Source: Catajapyx aquilonaris
Taxonomy: Eukaryota
Direction: 5' to 3'
Length of the DNA stretch: 55,781 nucleotides
Assembly: GCA_000934665.2 (NCBI GenBank)
Contig: KZ537979.1
Span: forward strand, 124,001 to 179,781
This document shows positions 12,017-25,330 of this stretch, piece after piece (position 1 is the stretch's first letter; every line of letters begins with the position of its first letter). Both the position numbers and the translations under genes were made by a program. A model generated the notes under the pieces. It did no database searches. It was not told the DNA's origin and worked only from the letters and a program-made list of their open reading frames with translations.

Positions 12017-14039
12017 TATAATTATCATATAGGCTTGGAGATGCGTAGGGGCACTTCAGAATAGTATCGATCACGCTCTTAGGACTATCATGTTGATAAT
12101 TTAACAAAGGGACTACACTAAACTGACGTCTATGGTAATGCTGTGGCAGCGCCTTTGTCATGTTCGCTGATCCACGCCTCAACTGGCAGATTTGATACCG
12201 AGTCAGTTGCTCCTAAACTACACATTCCGCTTAGCAACAAATGGATGATTACAGTGGGTTAAAGCTTCCCCCATTAATTATGGAAAATCCGACTCATTCA
12301 TTACATAATAAGCACCCGCCATTTCATTGACCTGAAATAACTGTAGCAGTGGGCTTTCTAAAGATATATACCATTCTATAAAGCCGTATTTAGTTTTGGA
12401 CCCAAAAGGGTCTATTTTGACACGGGATGTAATTACTGCAAGTTATTCAACATGTAAATGGCAGGTTCCAACATTTCGGAGTACCAGCTCAATATTTATA
12501 ACAACACACCAGATGTAGGATTGGTTTTAATATTATCATGGGATAAATGAGCTTAAACAGGTTTAATCAGACCTATCAAACATGTACATATTTTGAACAA
12601 AATTCACACTGAAACTGCTGCATGTGACGAGATTCCGAGTTTTCTATCCTCACAAAGGTGACGATTTACGACCTGATCTAATATGGACCGTGGTTAAGAT
12701 TGGGTTATGATTTATTAGGACAGGGATGACATTTCCGATACAGAATGGACTTGAAGCATGCAATTATTGACGGCCATCCAGTTCATGCGTGCTATTTAAT
12801 AATTAATTAATTTTTCAGAACTAACATGTAGGTTTATAATTATGTAGATATGGTTGTGCCGAATACGCATGTAAAAAAATTATTTGCACTTTAATGTGTG
12901 CAGTTTGACAGAGGTCAACCATACAAGACATACAAATAAGCCCTTTGTGATGAATCGTTGAGAAACGTATACCCCACAATCTAAAACATGAGCACATTCC
13001 CTCCATTGACCCTAGACCGCCATTAATCATCAAGTTCCCCCAAATGTGCCACCGACTGAAAATGCTGTCCCGAACACAAAATAAGCCTTATGGCAAGCGT
13101 TCAGATGTCACTGGGGGGCGAACCACCACCAGAAAGCGGCTATCAATTAATCAACATATTCCCCACCCGAGAATGTCCCGCCAACAACAGGCATGGGCGT
13201 CAGATGAGAACCTTGGAGGAGGGCAGTAGGTGTGGCCCCAAGAAGTGCTGGCTGCTCAGGTGATTTGGCGAGTAATTAGCACGTCGTGTAGGCCATCAGC
13301 GGATTACAAGAGCAAATGGACGCGACGTGAAACAACGCTGGGCCTGCTGCATTAGCTACTCTGCTCACCCCGCCTCCATTTACCTACACATAGATTGGAA
13401 TTCTCCCCTACCAACCCCAGCTAACTGCCTCCGGGAGAAAGGAAGGGTTGCAGCCATACGAGATGGGCGGCTGGCCCATGTTATGTCAGTCAACCAGGGG
13501 GCAGGTCAATGAAGACTTATTCGGTATTAAATATTCACTCTGGTTTGGGGATATATATCCGGAAATTTTCAGGGTGGAGACACATGCACACATATGGTAA
13601 AAAAGAGGGTTCCTAATTTACGCTGCGTTTGGGTTCAAAATTAATGAATCTGCAGGCATGCCACACATGGCGCAATTTATTTAACTGGTGCCGGGGGAAA
13701 CCAGATTCGCCTAATTGAAGGGAATGGGAGGAAGGGCTGAAGGAAACCTTGGGGAGATTTGTCTACCTCATCCTGGCTCCCACTATTCTGCAAACTACCC
13801 ATTTGGTTTGATTGATTTGCTTCTACTTTTTTAGTGTTGTCACAAATATGGAACAACTGACGTCACAGCAGTCAAGCACTGCAAATGCCCTAATCTGACT
13901 ACAAAGCATTTCAATCTTCAATGTACTCTACCTGGACGGGTTTTATGCGGAGGATATAATTTTGCAAGGAGTGCAGATGGTGGAGTTAAATTAATGATCT
14001 GTTGTCAGATGTAACGCTACCCTGGGGGTCTCTACAAGA

Positions 14040-14630
14040 TTTCCTGCGCCACATAACAAGGGCCGTATAAATTGTCGTACTTACCGCACACTAGCTATGG
14101 ACACTTACACAAACTATTCCTGGATTGCATTCGAGTGTTACTTTAGTTCAGCTTCGTATTAACACATAAAATTTAACATTTTGATAATGCTTTTGACCTA
14201 CGCATATCCTATAATCCAAGTTACTGTATTTTTACCCTATAATTATCTTGAATCCACGCGGTCTACACTGATGTCCCTGCCTAAAAATGTTTCAGAATCT
14301 GTACTGTCAAAGCCCCAAAAAGGGCCTAGCATCACCACTACCATCGCAACGCTCTGAAAGGAACTAATACAATTATTATAACTCCACTATCAACCCCAAA
14401 GCACATCTTGTCCCCAGGCATTTAACCTGGAAAGCCCCCGTAAACTCATTGGCACGACGAACGTACCGGAGTTACAGTACAGTACAATGATCCCAACCAC
14501 AGAGTGCTCTGAATTCACAAAAAGGAAGCAGCTAAAGACTCGATTTTGAAACCTACAATTTCGTATATGGTCACTATGGCGACACTTGGGGGAAGAAAAT
14601 TCACATTTAGAAACAAGTTAGAAAACATGT
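14040..14630 (+). pseudogene. Highly degraded non-LTR retrotransposon (Jockey/I-like) reverse transcriptase remnant
   Basis: Motif relics occur in the expected order across frameshifts: TYRTL (cf. SYRPISL), FDNAFD (cf. LDxxKAFD), HLTWKAPVNSL (cf. LTWKxHI) and SILKPTISY (cf. ILKPIWTYG). Recognised by eye. Confidence 0.4.
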
Positions 14631-16507
14631 CGGAGTCTGGTGGAAGTTGATATAATGTAACCATACCAACTACACCGCTGGGCACAAAGCCACAACTGCA
14701 ATAATAGACACGAGTTTACCTTTCCAAAATACTGCAGCATACATATAAACGTTTTTGTCGCGCTTGCAAATGTTTTGCCAGCAAAATAAACAAAAGTCAA
14801 CCCCCACCTGCTCACGCGTGTTGTCATCATGTACTATTTTCACTCTCAAATGAAGAGCCGGATCACGTCCCTGCTCATTTATTATGAATTATAACAATTA
14901 ATACCTTTCTGCGAGCAAACTGGACGCCATGAACATAATATGTTTTCAACAGCGGGGAAATTATTGCGTGGATACTGGGGGTCGAATAAAACAATTTTCA
15001 CATTAGAGTGCCAGCAATCCACTCTTATCAACAGCCCTAGAACACAAAAACATGCACATTTTCAGGGATTCGAGCCAGTTAGTGATTTCATTCCCCAAAA
15101 GCAGTTTTCCACCCCACACGACCTTCACATGGAGGAAATATTACTGTCCGGAATCAATAATCAATTAATGACAGAGTTGCGTTCCGCGATCGAACTAAGC
15201 AGGTTTAATTTATGGATACCATAAATACAGAAAACCCAATAAAATGACTGGACTTCGCAATATAAATGATTATGCGGGGAATTGACAACGTGTCATTGGC
15301 AGGTGAAATTCTTTTGCCCGGAAAAATTGCTAAAATATTCGTCCTGCATAGCACCCCTCCAAGATTACCACATTTATATTTTGCCTGCCACCACTGACAC
15401 TATCTGAGTAAGCCAGAGTATGCATATCCTAGACCAGATTTTTTAAAGAACGAGTTGCTGCATCTATTTTCTGGTTTAAAGTCTGCCCTTTCTTGCTTTC
15501 CACCTTTTCTTGGCATCCCCCTGCATGGCTGGACCAGTTTCAGAGGGTCAGCGACTTTCAGGCAAGACGCCTTAAGCGCAAAAAAAAATCACCCATGTTA
15601 CAAAACTTTTCAACCCTTCCCGACAAGGCTAATTTCACGCAAAAGAACGCCATGAACTGTGAAATCCGGCTGAACATTAAAAATAATTTCCGGCAAAAAT
15701 CGTGCCTACCTGGGCTTCCAGAAGTCAGCAAACTGACCTGAGACGTAAGCGACATAAAATAAAAATTACACCACCATCAATTGCGGATCAAAATGTTGAT
15801 GGAGAGTCCATTGTGTCTTTCCCCCCCTTCTATTGTGCAGTAAATCAATGTGCTGATAGTGTGGCGATAGAAGAGGGGGGGAAAAAGCCATTTTCTGCTA
15901 TACAAATGTTTGAACCTATTAAACCTTTAGGAGAAGCAACAATGCAAGCAATCAGAGTAATTGTCTTCACCTCAATGTTAGCCCCCGTAGATATTTCATC
16001 ATTCTGGCAGACACGGTGACTTGAACCGCCCTGGGGGGAAAAAAACACAGCAAAAAAAGCGAGATTCAATTACTCCTGCCTCCAGATCATTTGACAAATT
16101 GTCCTACTTGAGAACCCCCAAACTGCAGTCATCCTTGAAGCACTTCTGTAGCCAGCACTCCACTCACTCGGCCCCATATGCAGAATACGGTAGTAATCGC
16201 TGGCCACAGCGTCGAGGGGGCTTTAATAAAACAGTGGCTTGCATCAATTTTATAAGGGTTAAGACTCAGACACTAGCGATTCGCTGCTTATTCATGAGAG
16301 TCGTTACCTGCGCGTGTAGAAAGAGGGCCAAAAAAAGCAAAGGAGCAAAAAAAAAGCGTTTCCTCCGCCTTGTCTGAGTGCTTGCCCACCTCTTCTCAAA
16401 CTGGACAGGTACAAGTTCTACATGCTTTCACTGTAGAGCCTGCAGGGTGCATGCTTCTCACGCTTGACTCCCATTGTTGAAACTGAGTGTGGATTGTACA
16501 CTATCAA

Positions 16508-16641
16508 CAGTATCGCTCTGAATTTTAAATCGCAACGTTATTTTAAACCGCTACTAAAATAGCATTTTCTTAAACGCTATTTGAAATCGCTAAAGTAGCA
16601 TTTTTCACGAACGTGATTTGTATGGCATCTTGGTCATACTG
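16508..16641. mobile_element. Possible short MITE remnant
   Basis: The ends read cagtat...atactg around an AT-rich interior with repeated tagcattt/cgcta motifs resembling the repeat at 54040-54850. No TSD found. Confidence 0.3.
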
Positions 16642-18340
16642 GTATTATATAATTTGGAACAAAAAAAAAAAGTGAATTTGCTTGGAAGGCTGTTCTATTG
16701 TCTTATTTTCCGGGCCGCCATTCTTTCACGAGTGGGGAAGCCGAAAATAAAGAGCAGCAAAACGAATTCCTGCAGAAAGTGTGGAAGCCCGGAATAATTT
16801 GCATTCAATGCCCTGCCTTCAAAAATTTGGTTGAAGTTGGAATTGAGTTCCGGGGGAAGGCCCGACCACCAAATGAACGAACCAAATCATGCGGCATGTT
16901 TTATATATGCGGATCACATGGAAGGGTACAGTCAGATTCAATCAAACCAACTGTAGAATATTTTATAACAGATTATCAATTATATGAAGCTCTCTAATCT
17001 GCATTCCCATTGGTGGTTAACGCCATTTGTGAAAAGGGCTGCATGAATGATAAAACAGTTTCGGTGGGGAATAAAATGCCACGAAAAAGAGTTCGCGTGC
17101 AGCTGAAAATTCCCGCGTGTTAGCAAGCACGAATACCCCTGCAAGTTCTTTTTTAACTATTTTTTCCTGTTAATTATAGAAGGCTAGTCTTTCCACAAAG
17201 GACTTATAATAAATAGTGGAACTGCTTTTTTTTTGTCTTTAGAACATTTTGCCGGTTCCGTTTCGTGTTCCTTCTATATTTTTTTTTTGCCAAATATCTA
17301 ATTAGCGTCGGGTTTGCTAATATGACAGACATTATTCATACATTATATAGGCCTAGCAAAAGAATGAGGCTGGGTTGAGCCAAATGCAAGTAACTTAGTA
17401 CTTAATTTTCACGCCGTTAGATAATCAGCGCATTGGTACATAAATCACCTAACAAAATTATGTAACTATAGGCGTGCAGCGTTTACTCATGCAGTGGGTT
17501 ATCCGTAATTTCCTTTAATTATCTTAATAGGATCGGCGCACTAATGAGTGTAGAATCTAAAGAGATTCTCCCCACAACTGCCTCACCCACAGTGATATAT
17601 CCACGCAGTTAGACAAACCGCATTGTATTCTTGGCCATTTGGACCCTTGTTTTTGCAGATATTTGTAAACCCAATTAGGGTGCCATGTATTACTCCCTAC
17701 TCGTTTAATTCAATGGATGTAAACACGGGCCTCCACAAATAATACCCTACAAAATTCGGTCCGATTTTCCCCCCTCCAGCACTTGGACTAAGAGTGAATC
17801 ATATGGAAAACCGCAGGACACGTCATGCCCAGGGGGGTGACACTCATACATGTAAGTACATCAGGTCGTGCGCAATGTGAGTGTCAACCCCTGCGCCAGC
17901 TTGAGTTTGTCCACCCTTCCTGGAATCCCCCCCTCTTCATCAATTACACTGATGGCGAGTTCGTGTCATCGAAGGGGAGGCAAAGAGACTTTGTTTACCT
18001 GCACCTGTCGCCACCAACCATCCTTGACTCGAGCAGCTTTCATTTTTGGATCAAAAAACTGGGCTGTTATTTTGTTCTTCTGCTGGTCACACTTTCCCTT
18101 CTGACGTACTCATTTGTGCCGAGAGGTCATTCAGAAAGTACCAAGTCGCGGAAAAAAATTGCAAAATTGTGGATTTCTACAATTCTGTCGGTTTCATCTT
18201 GTATTAGGGACAACTTCCAATAAAAACGATACCTACTAAATTTTACGAGAGAAAAATGCAATGGGGGCAGTTTCAGCCTCAGTGTGAATGTGTGACCTGG
18301 GGGCAGGGTTATTGTTTTAAAGCCGCAAATTAGTGTGCCG

Positions 18341-18480
18341 TAGGGCTGTGCGATTACCAGGACTTTACATCAAAAAAATCGTATGCAATATATCAAAAAT
18401 CGATATATTTCGATTTTGAAGCTACAATCAATTTTTGATATATTGCATGCGATTTTTTGAATATTCCACATATTCACTAG
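18341..18480. mobile_element. hAT-like MITE remnant with an internal hairpin
   Basis: It begins tagggctgtgcgat, a hAT MITE-like terminus. 18370-18404 (tcaaaaaaatcgtatgcaatatatcaaaaatcgat) is nearly the reverse complement of 18427-18460. Related aaaatcgat-rich sequence occurs at ~48200-48290. Confidence 0.5.
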
Positions 18481-18724
18481 TTCATCTTCACTATCGGCAC
18501 TACTTTGCTATGGAATTGGCCTCCGCCTTTTGCAAGATGAGAGGGCGGGTGGGTGGAAAAGGAGGCTGTCGGTGGGCCGAAGCGTGCAACAGCTGGCCAT
18601 CGTGGTCATCATCCTCGTGGAGCACCTGCCATTGCCTCATTACGTATGTGGGAAAGGTAGGTAGGCAACTCCAGGCACCGCTCTCTCACCTGTTACGCCA
18701 AGGATTTGTGCCGCCTTAAGGCAT

Positions 18725-18749
18725 ACACACACACACACGTACACACACA
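18725..18749 (+). repeat. (CA)n microsatellite
   Basis: acacacacacacacgtacacacaca read directly. Confidence 0.85.
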
Positions 18750-21700
18750 GCCTTCTCGATCGAGGCCACACTCGCATCGTGATTTACAGCAATGCGGTAC
18801 AGAACAGTTTAATTGACGCCCCCTCCCGTAACATTACGCACAACCTCGGGACATTGAGTCAAAGGATGTGAAAATCAAGGTGGATTGCAAGGTGCTGATG
18901 AAGGAAGCAGATTTGAGGAGCAGGTGCTGTGGGAGGTCTGTTGGTGCCCGCAATAACTGACTGTAAACTCATTTGTCGTATTTGTAAGTCGTTTGCGAAT
19001 GCTTTGGCACTTGCTCACAGAGCCGAAGGTGTTTTGCAATTTGTAGTTTTTTTACAGGGGAGAAATAAGCAGGTGATTTCGACACTTGGCTCGAACCGTA
19101 ATGTTTGGGATAAAAAGTATAACCTCAAAAGTACTGCATATAAAAAAAGTTTTGCGCAATCTGATAGAGAAAAAAAAAATCATCACTCACTCCCTTTATT
19201 CGAGGCTATTCAGAAGACGTAAAATGCCCGAAATATGGATCCAGGACTAAGAATAAGGTACTCACACCCCCTTCTTGGATATAAACTTAATGGGTGGCCA
19301 TTTAAGAAAGAGGGAAAGTGCTTCATATGGTTGGCTGACTGCAATTGGGTGAGAAGCTCCTTTAGCTCCCGCAGCCAATCCATTCAATATGGTGTGAGTC
19401 AGAACACCCCTTAAAACCGACATCCCACCTTGAAGCAGTTCTAGTCAGTTAAAGACAGCCCTAGCAGCACCCAGTCGTGAGTTGGAAAAAAAAGTGCTAT
19501 TAGTAACAATGGCCGCCTATTGTTAGACGCTCCACGCCATCTAGCTGGTGCAGCTGACTCTCCCTGAGGCCACCAGACTGGAGGGCAATGGCTCCCGAAA
19601 AGCATCGTGCTTTTACCATGCACGCTAGTTTCTGGCCGCTTTCAAAAAACCGGTGGTATCTTTTCCTGGCGTCCCCATTTTATACCCGCAAAATCTTGAC
19701 CGAAAAAAAGTGAATTATTCTGGTTCAGTTTCACCGCAAGGCATCCCTTTGATGAATCATGAATCCAGTTAGCTGCAAAACGCTTGTCCCGTTTAACCAA
19801 TATTAGCAGGCCGTAGTCGGGAACATTTTCACACGTACTGAGGACCCCTACAACACAGTGAGCGGCCTATGGGTCCTCTCAGCCCAGTCAAATAAGGCAC
19901 TTGAACATCAAACGGAACATTGTGTCTACACCCGGCAAGAAAATTTATTAAGTGCTGATGAGGACTATGTGGGGAAGCGACTAGATATAAGAGCCATTTC
20001 CCTGGTCTGAGATTCGTAGCAGCCGGCCCCCAAAGCCTGCTTCCAGGCCAATTTGTCCGTTGGAAAGAGCCTAGCGCCTGGAGTCACACAAAAGAAGCCC
20101 TGCAGTCAAGGAGGGGGAAAAAAGTGGAAACTCGTTTACGCTGCAGTGCACATGTTCTGCTCTCCAAATCAAAGCATCGCTTCTCTTCACCAACCCCATC
20201 TCCACCGAACTTCTTCCCACAAAAAAATATCAACTAGAGGAAGAAAGAAAAGAGGAACGACCAGACAAGACGATAAAAAAAATTTACCCCCACACTATAC
20301 AAAGCCCAATGTTTACCACCATCTTTGTTCATAAGCTCATATGGTATTGGCCATTTATTAGAGTGTAGCCATTTATTCCATGAGATTTCAGAACAAAATG
20401 TTCCCAGGTGTAAATCGACGTAGAAACAGAGTGGTTTCAGCTTCAGTTATCTGTAGACATGCAACAAGAAATATGGCGCTCCATATCATGAATCCCACGA
20501 TTAGCTTGGTTTCCTCGACGTTTATTTGGTATGCTTTTTGGACCAGGGGTGGAGTGACTGCAAAACTTCTGGTCGGTCACCTGAGGCAAGAAAAGGCCAG
20601 CTCCGGCTAGCAAAAGGCAGGTGCAAGCAGTGGTCGACTAGTAGAAACAGTGAGCCTGAGCAAACCAACTGGTTCTTCGGGAGGCAGGTCCTCTTGAAAC
20701 GTGCCAAGGTCGCTGGCACTTGGGGAGGCCTCCCTTTTGCTTTTTTATACACCTGCCTACAAAATACTAGGTTTTTTGTCCTCCAGCAGCTGGCTCCCGA
20801 GCCATCTTTGCAGCCACCAAGCAAGTTCTTGGCCACCGGGGCCAGGACATGCTTCTACAGGACACTCAAGATGAACTTTTGCAAGTTAGTGCAGCCTCGG
20901 CCTTGCAAGATCCAACACCTGTCGTCCCGTCACAAAACCGGTTATAGGATGATTTTTGCAGGAAATTGTGCGAAACCCAGCAAGGTTCATCTTCCAGAAA
21001 CAGATCAAGGTGGCAAAATATTTCAAAAAAAAAAAAAGTCAGTGGGCGCAACGTATTCAGCTGCTATTATCCCGGCGAGTGTTTCAATCCGGTATGGCCT
21101 GAGGGTATCTTGCTGAAGATGCCCGTCCAGTCAGCTAGTGAACAGCAGGAGGACGATGCAACGACCTCGCCTTCCACACAACCGACAATGTTGCCATAAC
21201 GTTGCCCATCTGCTGCTACCTCTCTCCAGTCCACCGACTTGATTTGCCGTCCAACTCGAGACAAGATAGTTTGTTGGTGGAAACTTGCAGCCAGAGCAGC
21301 TGTTTCTGACAAACTTGTTTCCACCACTGCACGCAATGTGAACACGGCCATATTTAGAAATCTTATGCAAATTTTCGACGGGTACCGTCACTCCCAGCAA
21401 AAATGATCGTTTTGGTGACGACTGTACTTTTCTCTATATGGTCAACCTAGTAATGATGTGTAGACAATAACACAGCTTACAAAAGCTCTTTCCTCTTCCA
21501 AGATCTAAAGAAAATGGTCGATAATAAGGTAAGGTGGTCATTATGATAGGAGTCGGTATAACTAGTGTACAAAGTTTTAATGAACATGGTGAAATCCATA
21601 CTCCCCCTAAAAACTTTCTGCGTTTTAACAAATGTTTCAGCTATACATTTAATTTCTTCGTCAGACAACCAACAAAACTAACTTCTAAACCATCTCATTT

Positions 21701-23662
21701 TCCTCAAACTTCCAATATTTTACAGTCTAAAACCCCAGGTCATGGCTCCGTAATTGTAGCGCGCAATATAAAAGGGGGCGTCCCAGTTTTCAAACTTGAC
21801 TTCGGAACTAAAAACCGCGGAATAATCTCGCCCCTAGACGTCAATACATCATTACGCTAATTGTTTATTGGAAGCGGATCAACAAAAAAAACACTAAAAA
21901 ATGACGCCACTTTTTTTAAATACGAACAGTTCATATCGGCCAAGTGCTGACCCCCGTGGTCAATTGGCTAAGAATCATAGTGGCAACACTGGAGCCAAGT
22001 AAAAAGAAAAACTGTAAAGACGTGGGAGGTGGGTGAGCGGGAGGGCCCTATTTTTCCTCCTCAGTATTAAAAAATGTAGCTTTTTTTTTGTTTCTTTAAA
22101 AGCAGTCCGGACGCGCAAGGTAGCTATCCGCGAGCAGCCACCGGAGCAACAAACAGGTTGTCGGCCGCCAGATGCTCCAGGCCGCCCTCTACGGAATGTG
22201 CAAGCCTCTAGAAACACCTATGAAGAAGCATCATCTACCTTATGCTTTCGCCATTTGGACTTCTGCTCTGGAATGTGCACCGGTTGCCCTTCTTCGATTT
22301 ATGGCAGCCAAATCCGAATTTTAAGAACAAGGGCGAGCCCCCCAAAAAAATTTACTTACTTGAAATATATATTCGTTAATTGATTTAAATAATTTTATTG
22401 AAGTGTGCGAAGCGAGTTGGTATAAAGTTGGGGGTGGTGGAAGTGAGATAGGGTTCGACCCTGGGGCTTGCCATTTAGTCGATGCCCGGTATCGCATGCA
22501 AAGATAGACGCACTATTTCCCTCCCACAGTTTTCTGCTAAAATTCCAGTGTTTGCCTTTGGGGCTTGGTGTGTTTATTTGCAAAAAGAGCCTCCTCCTCT
22601 ATCAGGGGCTGCCAAAATTCATTAACATTCCAGGGCGCGCAAAAACCGGAGACAGGTCGTCGGTGCTGGAGGGCACCTCCTTAAACTATGGAATTAAGAC
22701 AGTGCAACTGGCAATCCCAGCCCCCTTTCGCTACGAAAAAGATGCCATGATAACCGGAGGAATTGGAAAATAATTCCTGCTTGAAGCCATCAGGAATGCC
22801 GGCCTTCTTGGAAGTGTGCACGAGCACTTTCGGAGCTACCTTTTCTGCTACCCTTGAATGCGAGCGGCTACAACACAACACCCGACAACAAAAAAAAGAG
22901 AAACGACTTAAATCGGCGCAAAAATTCACCAACGTCAGATTTTGCACGCGATACCTGGGACAAGTGAGCTTCCAGCCCCAGGTTTCGCAGGCAACCGAGG
23001 TCATTTGGGCAAGGAAATAAGTAGCTCCAGCTCCGTAATGCGAAATAAAGTGATCACACAGCGGGGTCACGAAAGCAATTGAATGACCTCGGTTGGCGTC
23101 CATCTCCGTTTGCAAGGAAACATCGGTTGAACCCGAATTATGTCATGACCATTAATCAATTCCGTACACGTCCAGGCCTGCTGGCGGGGGTACCGGTCAA
23201 ATTGAGTGATTAGGCAACATGGGTGGGGTTGAGGGGTGACGACAATGCAGGGGTCGCACTTGTACGGTGTGTACTCTAGGGTTGAAAAATGTTGTGATCT
23301 AATAGGGTACACACACCATTCTCCTGGGGCTTCATGGGTAGGCACACAAATTAGATGGGGTAACAGGTAACAATTCATCCTCAAGTATCAAATCAGTAGT
23401 TTGCTACTAAGACACCATGCCGCATCACTATTACACACCATTCTGGCCAGGTTAGTTCGTGAATTGCCTGAAGCCATCACAGCGGAACAGCGAAAGACGC
23501 ACTGCCTTGCTAGAATCAACGTTGCACACGATTTTACACCAATTCCCTATATAATTTCAGGTAGCTTTAACTTCATGCCTGTAAGTGGGGAAAGCGTCCA
23601 AAATTGCTGGTGTACAGCACCTGAAACTACAAGTAGTTAGAGAAAAAATTGGATTGCGACAC

Positions 23663-23777
23663 TAAAATGTGTTTTATTACACCCTTGGTATGTAAGAATG
23701 TAGCGTGTGATAATACACATTACACCACACCTGGTGTACAGTACGTGATCAGCAGGTGTGAAATAAAATGCATTTTA
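23663..23777. repeat. Imperfect inverted repeat, probable MITE remnant
   Basis: taaaatgtgttttattacacc pairs with ggtgtgaaataaaatgcatttta. Confidence 0.4.
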
Positions 23778-24949
23778 ATGCATAATTTTACATATCCAAT
23801 GCCGAGTTTTGCGTGTGGTAATATTTACAAGGGTTTAGTTTTTATCAACTGTACTTGTTATACAAAGCAAACACATTGAATATCAAATCGGATGTATTAG
23901 TCATAAAATTAGGTATCGGCTCAGTGATTTTCAACACCTCATAATAATTTTGTTATTCCTTCCCAACGGTACAGTGTAATCGCAATATTTTAAAAATAAA
24001 CTACTTTATGGAGCATATTTTGCATGTCATAGTCATAGTCGCATGAGCTTATGACTTTTCTGGAGTGACCTTTTGAAAAAACATCAAAAGCAACTGCTGC
24101 AGTGTCAACGACCAATCGTTGCAAATTGCAGTGCGATGTACTGTACATATGCGAAATTACATATTCTTCCTGGCTGACAAGGGCAATGCATCAATAATAC
24201 AAAAAGTAATTTCAAATTGCATCTTTTCATGTTTCATAAAATGTGTAGCCATAAAGTATAATGATGAAGGACCTTATTCCATAACCCTTTTTTGCTGTAC
24301 TCTGATCGCTGGTCGCTTGCAGCGCGAGATTTTCACGCTGGAGGGTATTTGGAATAAGCTATAAGCAAACAGGCCTTAATTGCAAAAAAAATTTAAATGG
24401 ATGACATGAATGCAACTCCAGCAACTTTAGTAGCAAAAAATAGAAAGTATACAACAAAAAACTGATCGGCAAGGTTTTGAAGCGTTAATGACTATATTTT
24501 TAGCGCTGTCAGTAATTTCTTTTTGTAATTTTTCGGGATGGGATATAGTTTTTGTGCCGTACTATTCAGGGAGCTTACAATTTGTCCCTCTGTTGCACGG
24601 AACAAGGAAATTGGAAATTGATTTTTTCCCCGCTTTCCAACACTGCTCCTCCCTCCTTCCGGGATATCATACCCTACCCGAATAGGACTCTCTATTGTAC
24701 TAAAATTAGAGCATCGTGTCTACAAAACTGTCAGTTGATAGTTCTAGAGTGAACCTTTCCGAATTTTATTCAGACAATTCTGACCAAATGTGATTCTATA
24801 TAGTCTGAAAGAAGTGAATAGGCGGATCGGTGTGAATTAGAGCAAGTAAGTGGGCGTCGCCAGCTGCTCTTTATCATAGCATTGACCTCTTGCGCAACTT
24901 TTCTCTGGGTCCGAGAGCTTCTCCGAAGGCACAAAAGAACCAAGGTAGC

Positions 24950-25330
24950 GATTCCCTATACACTATACTACCCGGGCAGCTCGTTATAGAAGGAAAACTT
25001 TCTCCCGAGGGCATTATAATATTAGACCATTCCGGAGCCGATTCCGGGCCCAGGTTCTGTAGAGAAGATATTTTTATTATCGCGAATCGGTGGCGTAGAT
25101 TCATATTGGATGGAACGAACAGGCCAATGGCCGAACGAACAGGATTTCCTTTTCAGTCGGAGGGAAATGCCGCATGGATGCTGGAATTGGACGGATGTCG
25201 TCTACTGCCTACTTGACGACTCTGCTCTATTATGCCTTCCCTAAGCCTCGAGAGATGTTTTCAGGCGACTTTATAGGAGTACGACATATTGCTCCGGATT
25301 ATTCGAGTCAACATTGACTACAATCACTCT
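24950..25330 (-). pseudogene. Degraded CR1/L2-like LINE ORF2 C-terminal fragment
   Basis: Minus-strand relics appear in order: SYSYKVA*KHLSRL (cf. YxIxxxxLxRV), KYLLYRTWAR...*CP (cf. LYxSLVRPxLEY..WxP) and RAARVV (cf. QRRAARFV). Many stops and frameshifts. Confidence 0.4.

Noticed and set aside
17541..17562. Loose similarity to the reverse complement of miR-279
   Set aside because: The seed region is mismatched and there is no precursor hairpin.
20526..21116. Longest ORF (196 aa)
   Set aside because: Non-ATG start, no recognisable domain, and it runs through a poly-A tract. Consistent with a chance ORF.
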